Below are positions 35,376 through 36,513 of a stretch of DNA of 36,513 nt, piece after piece. Location: the IMG/VR virus record IMGVR_UViG_3300002301_000007, positions 1-36,513 of that record, one strand, 5' to 3'. The DNA is from a virus. Taxonomy: Duplodnaviria; Caudoviricetes. The notes under the pieces were generated by a model. That model was given only the letters and a program-made list of their open reading frames with translations, was not told the DNA's origin and ran no database searches. Each line of letters opens with the position of its first letter. Within the stretch, counting starts at the first letter, position 1. The translations under genes and the position numbers were made by a program.

Positions 35376-36296
35376 CTATGCAGCGTTCAAAAATTCCATT
35401 TGATCGCCCCAGTTATTTTTGAGGATAGCATCACCCCAAATAACTGAACCTGTTACCTGCCAGCCTAAATTCGGGCCGTTAAACAAAACGTCAATCCGGA
35501 AATCACGTTTAGGAACGGATTTGATCGAATTGCGGGAAAACGCTGCGCCGATAGCGTTGCGGGATGTTGCTGCAACGTTAGCATCGGCATACAAATCGAA
35601 CCCGAAGATCCGACCCGCGAAACCGTTACGCATAAAATCTTCGCCTGTGCTTCCCTGTCCGCCTGCTGCTGCATAGGAGAAATGGGAACTATCTGCAACG
35701 TTGGCGAAGAAGTTAATCAAGCCCTTGCTTGACCAGATTTGGCCGGGATGCAAAACAAGATTGTAAGGCTGTGGAGCAATCTTGATGCGCAGGAAATTAT
35801 AGGCGTCAAACAAATCCTGCGGTGTCATCGCGGTATTCGCTGCACCTTCGTTTTGGGTAAATGAAGAAAACAACCCGCACAAAGTTACGTCTTTTGCGGT
35901 CATAATCGATTGCCCGATCAACTGGCCCGCAACCGCCATAAGATCATCAACCGTACCAAGAACGGCGATCTCTTTTAAGAATACCGTTGAACCCCAAACG
36001 GAAACTGTCGCATTGGAAGGCGACCCGGTATATAACCCGGAATCGATGGCCTGATTAGCCATCGTATCATCGTTTTCTGCTGTCAACTTCGCGATGATAG
36101 GTGTTGAATGAACTACGCCCGGCCCCGGGAATGGATAAGGCGTTACTAACGGCTCAACGATCCCCAACTCTGTCATTTCTAACAGAGCAACCGACACCGC
36201 CGTTGGAATTGCTTCCGTCATGGTGGTTGTGGTTGTTTCGTTTGCCCCGACCTCGTTCAAGGCCCAAAGCAAATACAACTTAAAAATTTCTTTCAT
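35376..36296 (-). CDS. Major capsid protein with 17-aa leader
   Basis: AGGAGG before ATG 36296; follows scaffold; YNLVLHP.Q, G.AGRIFGFDLY...NV typical of HK97-fold capsids. Confidence 0.9.
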   Translation of the reverse strand: MKEIFKLYLLWALNEVGANETTTTTMTEAIPTAVSVALLEMTELGIVEPLVTPYPFPGPGVVHSTPIIAKLTAENDDTMANQAIDSGLYTGSPSNATVSVWGSTVFLKEIAVLGTVDDLMAVAGQLIGQSIMTAKDVTLCGLFSSFTQNEGAANTAMTPQDLFDAYNFLRIKIAPQPYNLVLHPGQIWSSKGLINFFANVADSSHFSYAAAGGQGSTGEDFMRNGFAGRIFGFDLYADANVAATSRNAIGAAFSRNSIKSVPKRDFRIDVLFNGPNLGWQVTGSVIWGDAILKNNWGDQMEFLNAA

Positions 36297-36321
36297 AAAT
36301 CCTCCTGCGTTGAGAAAAGTT

Positions 36322-36513
36322 TTAACGAGCAACCTTCCTGGCTGCTAACATCGCGTTAATTTTTCCCTTGAGTTCAGATCTTAATTTCAGATCTGTGCCT
36401 TTACAGGCTTCGGCGTACTTCACGTTGAGGCTATCAAGTGTATCCTCACCACCGCCCCCGGTCTGACCTGCCCCGGTTCCTTCACCCCCCGAACCTGCGC
36501 CACCCTTGAAACT
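36322..36513 (-). CDS. Capsid scaffolding protein, 3' part
   Basis: In-frame continuation of 660..1 across the join; TAA at 36324-36322. Confidence 0.85.
   Translation of the reverse strand, partial: SFKGGAGSGGEGTGAGQTGGGGEDTLDSLNVKYAEACKGTDLKLRSELKGKINAMLAARKVAR
36469..36513. repeat. Terminal direct repeat (right copy)
   Basis: Identical to 1-45. Confidence 0.97.

Noticed and set aside
36297-36332. TTG extension of the capsid ORF
   Set aside because: It contains the AGGAGG RBS for ATG 36296 and overlaps the scaffold end
1-36513. Alternative genetic code or tRNA genes
   Set aside because: Core genes are intact in the standard code, all three stop codons end genes, and no cloverleaf with a T-loop consensus was seen by eye

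Overview
Apparently complete circular genome (~36,468 bp; bases 1-45 repeat as 36469-36513) of a tailed, siphovirus-like phage read in the standard code. The minus arm (4680 down through the window join to ~19500) encodes terminase, portal, scaffold, capsid, accessory virion proteins, neck, tail and membrane proteins. The plus arm (4786-19408) encodes recombination, small accessory, glycosylation and HNH genes. I recognise no integrase, CI-type repressor, polymerase, helicase, primase, replication initiator, prohead protease or endolysin. Two things stand out. (1) The phage encodes an intact A24 prepilin-peptidase-like protease, and both scaffold (..LLFNQRG|E) and major capsid (..WALNEVG|A) carry Flp/pilin-like leaders, suggesting head maturation by a pilin peptidase. 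(2) A bacterial oriC mimic at 13537-13793 has phased DnaA boxes and two convergent box/GC/DnaA-trio modules, preceded by an antisense-like RNA leader. Four glycosyltransferases plus a GDP-sugar enzyme suggest virion or cell-surface glycosylation. All product calls come from motif reading by eye; no database searches were run.
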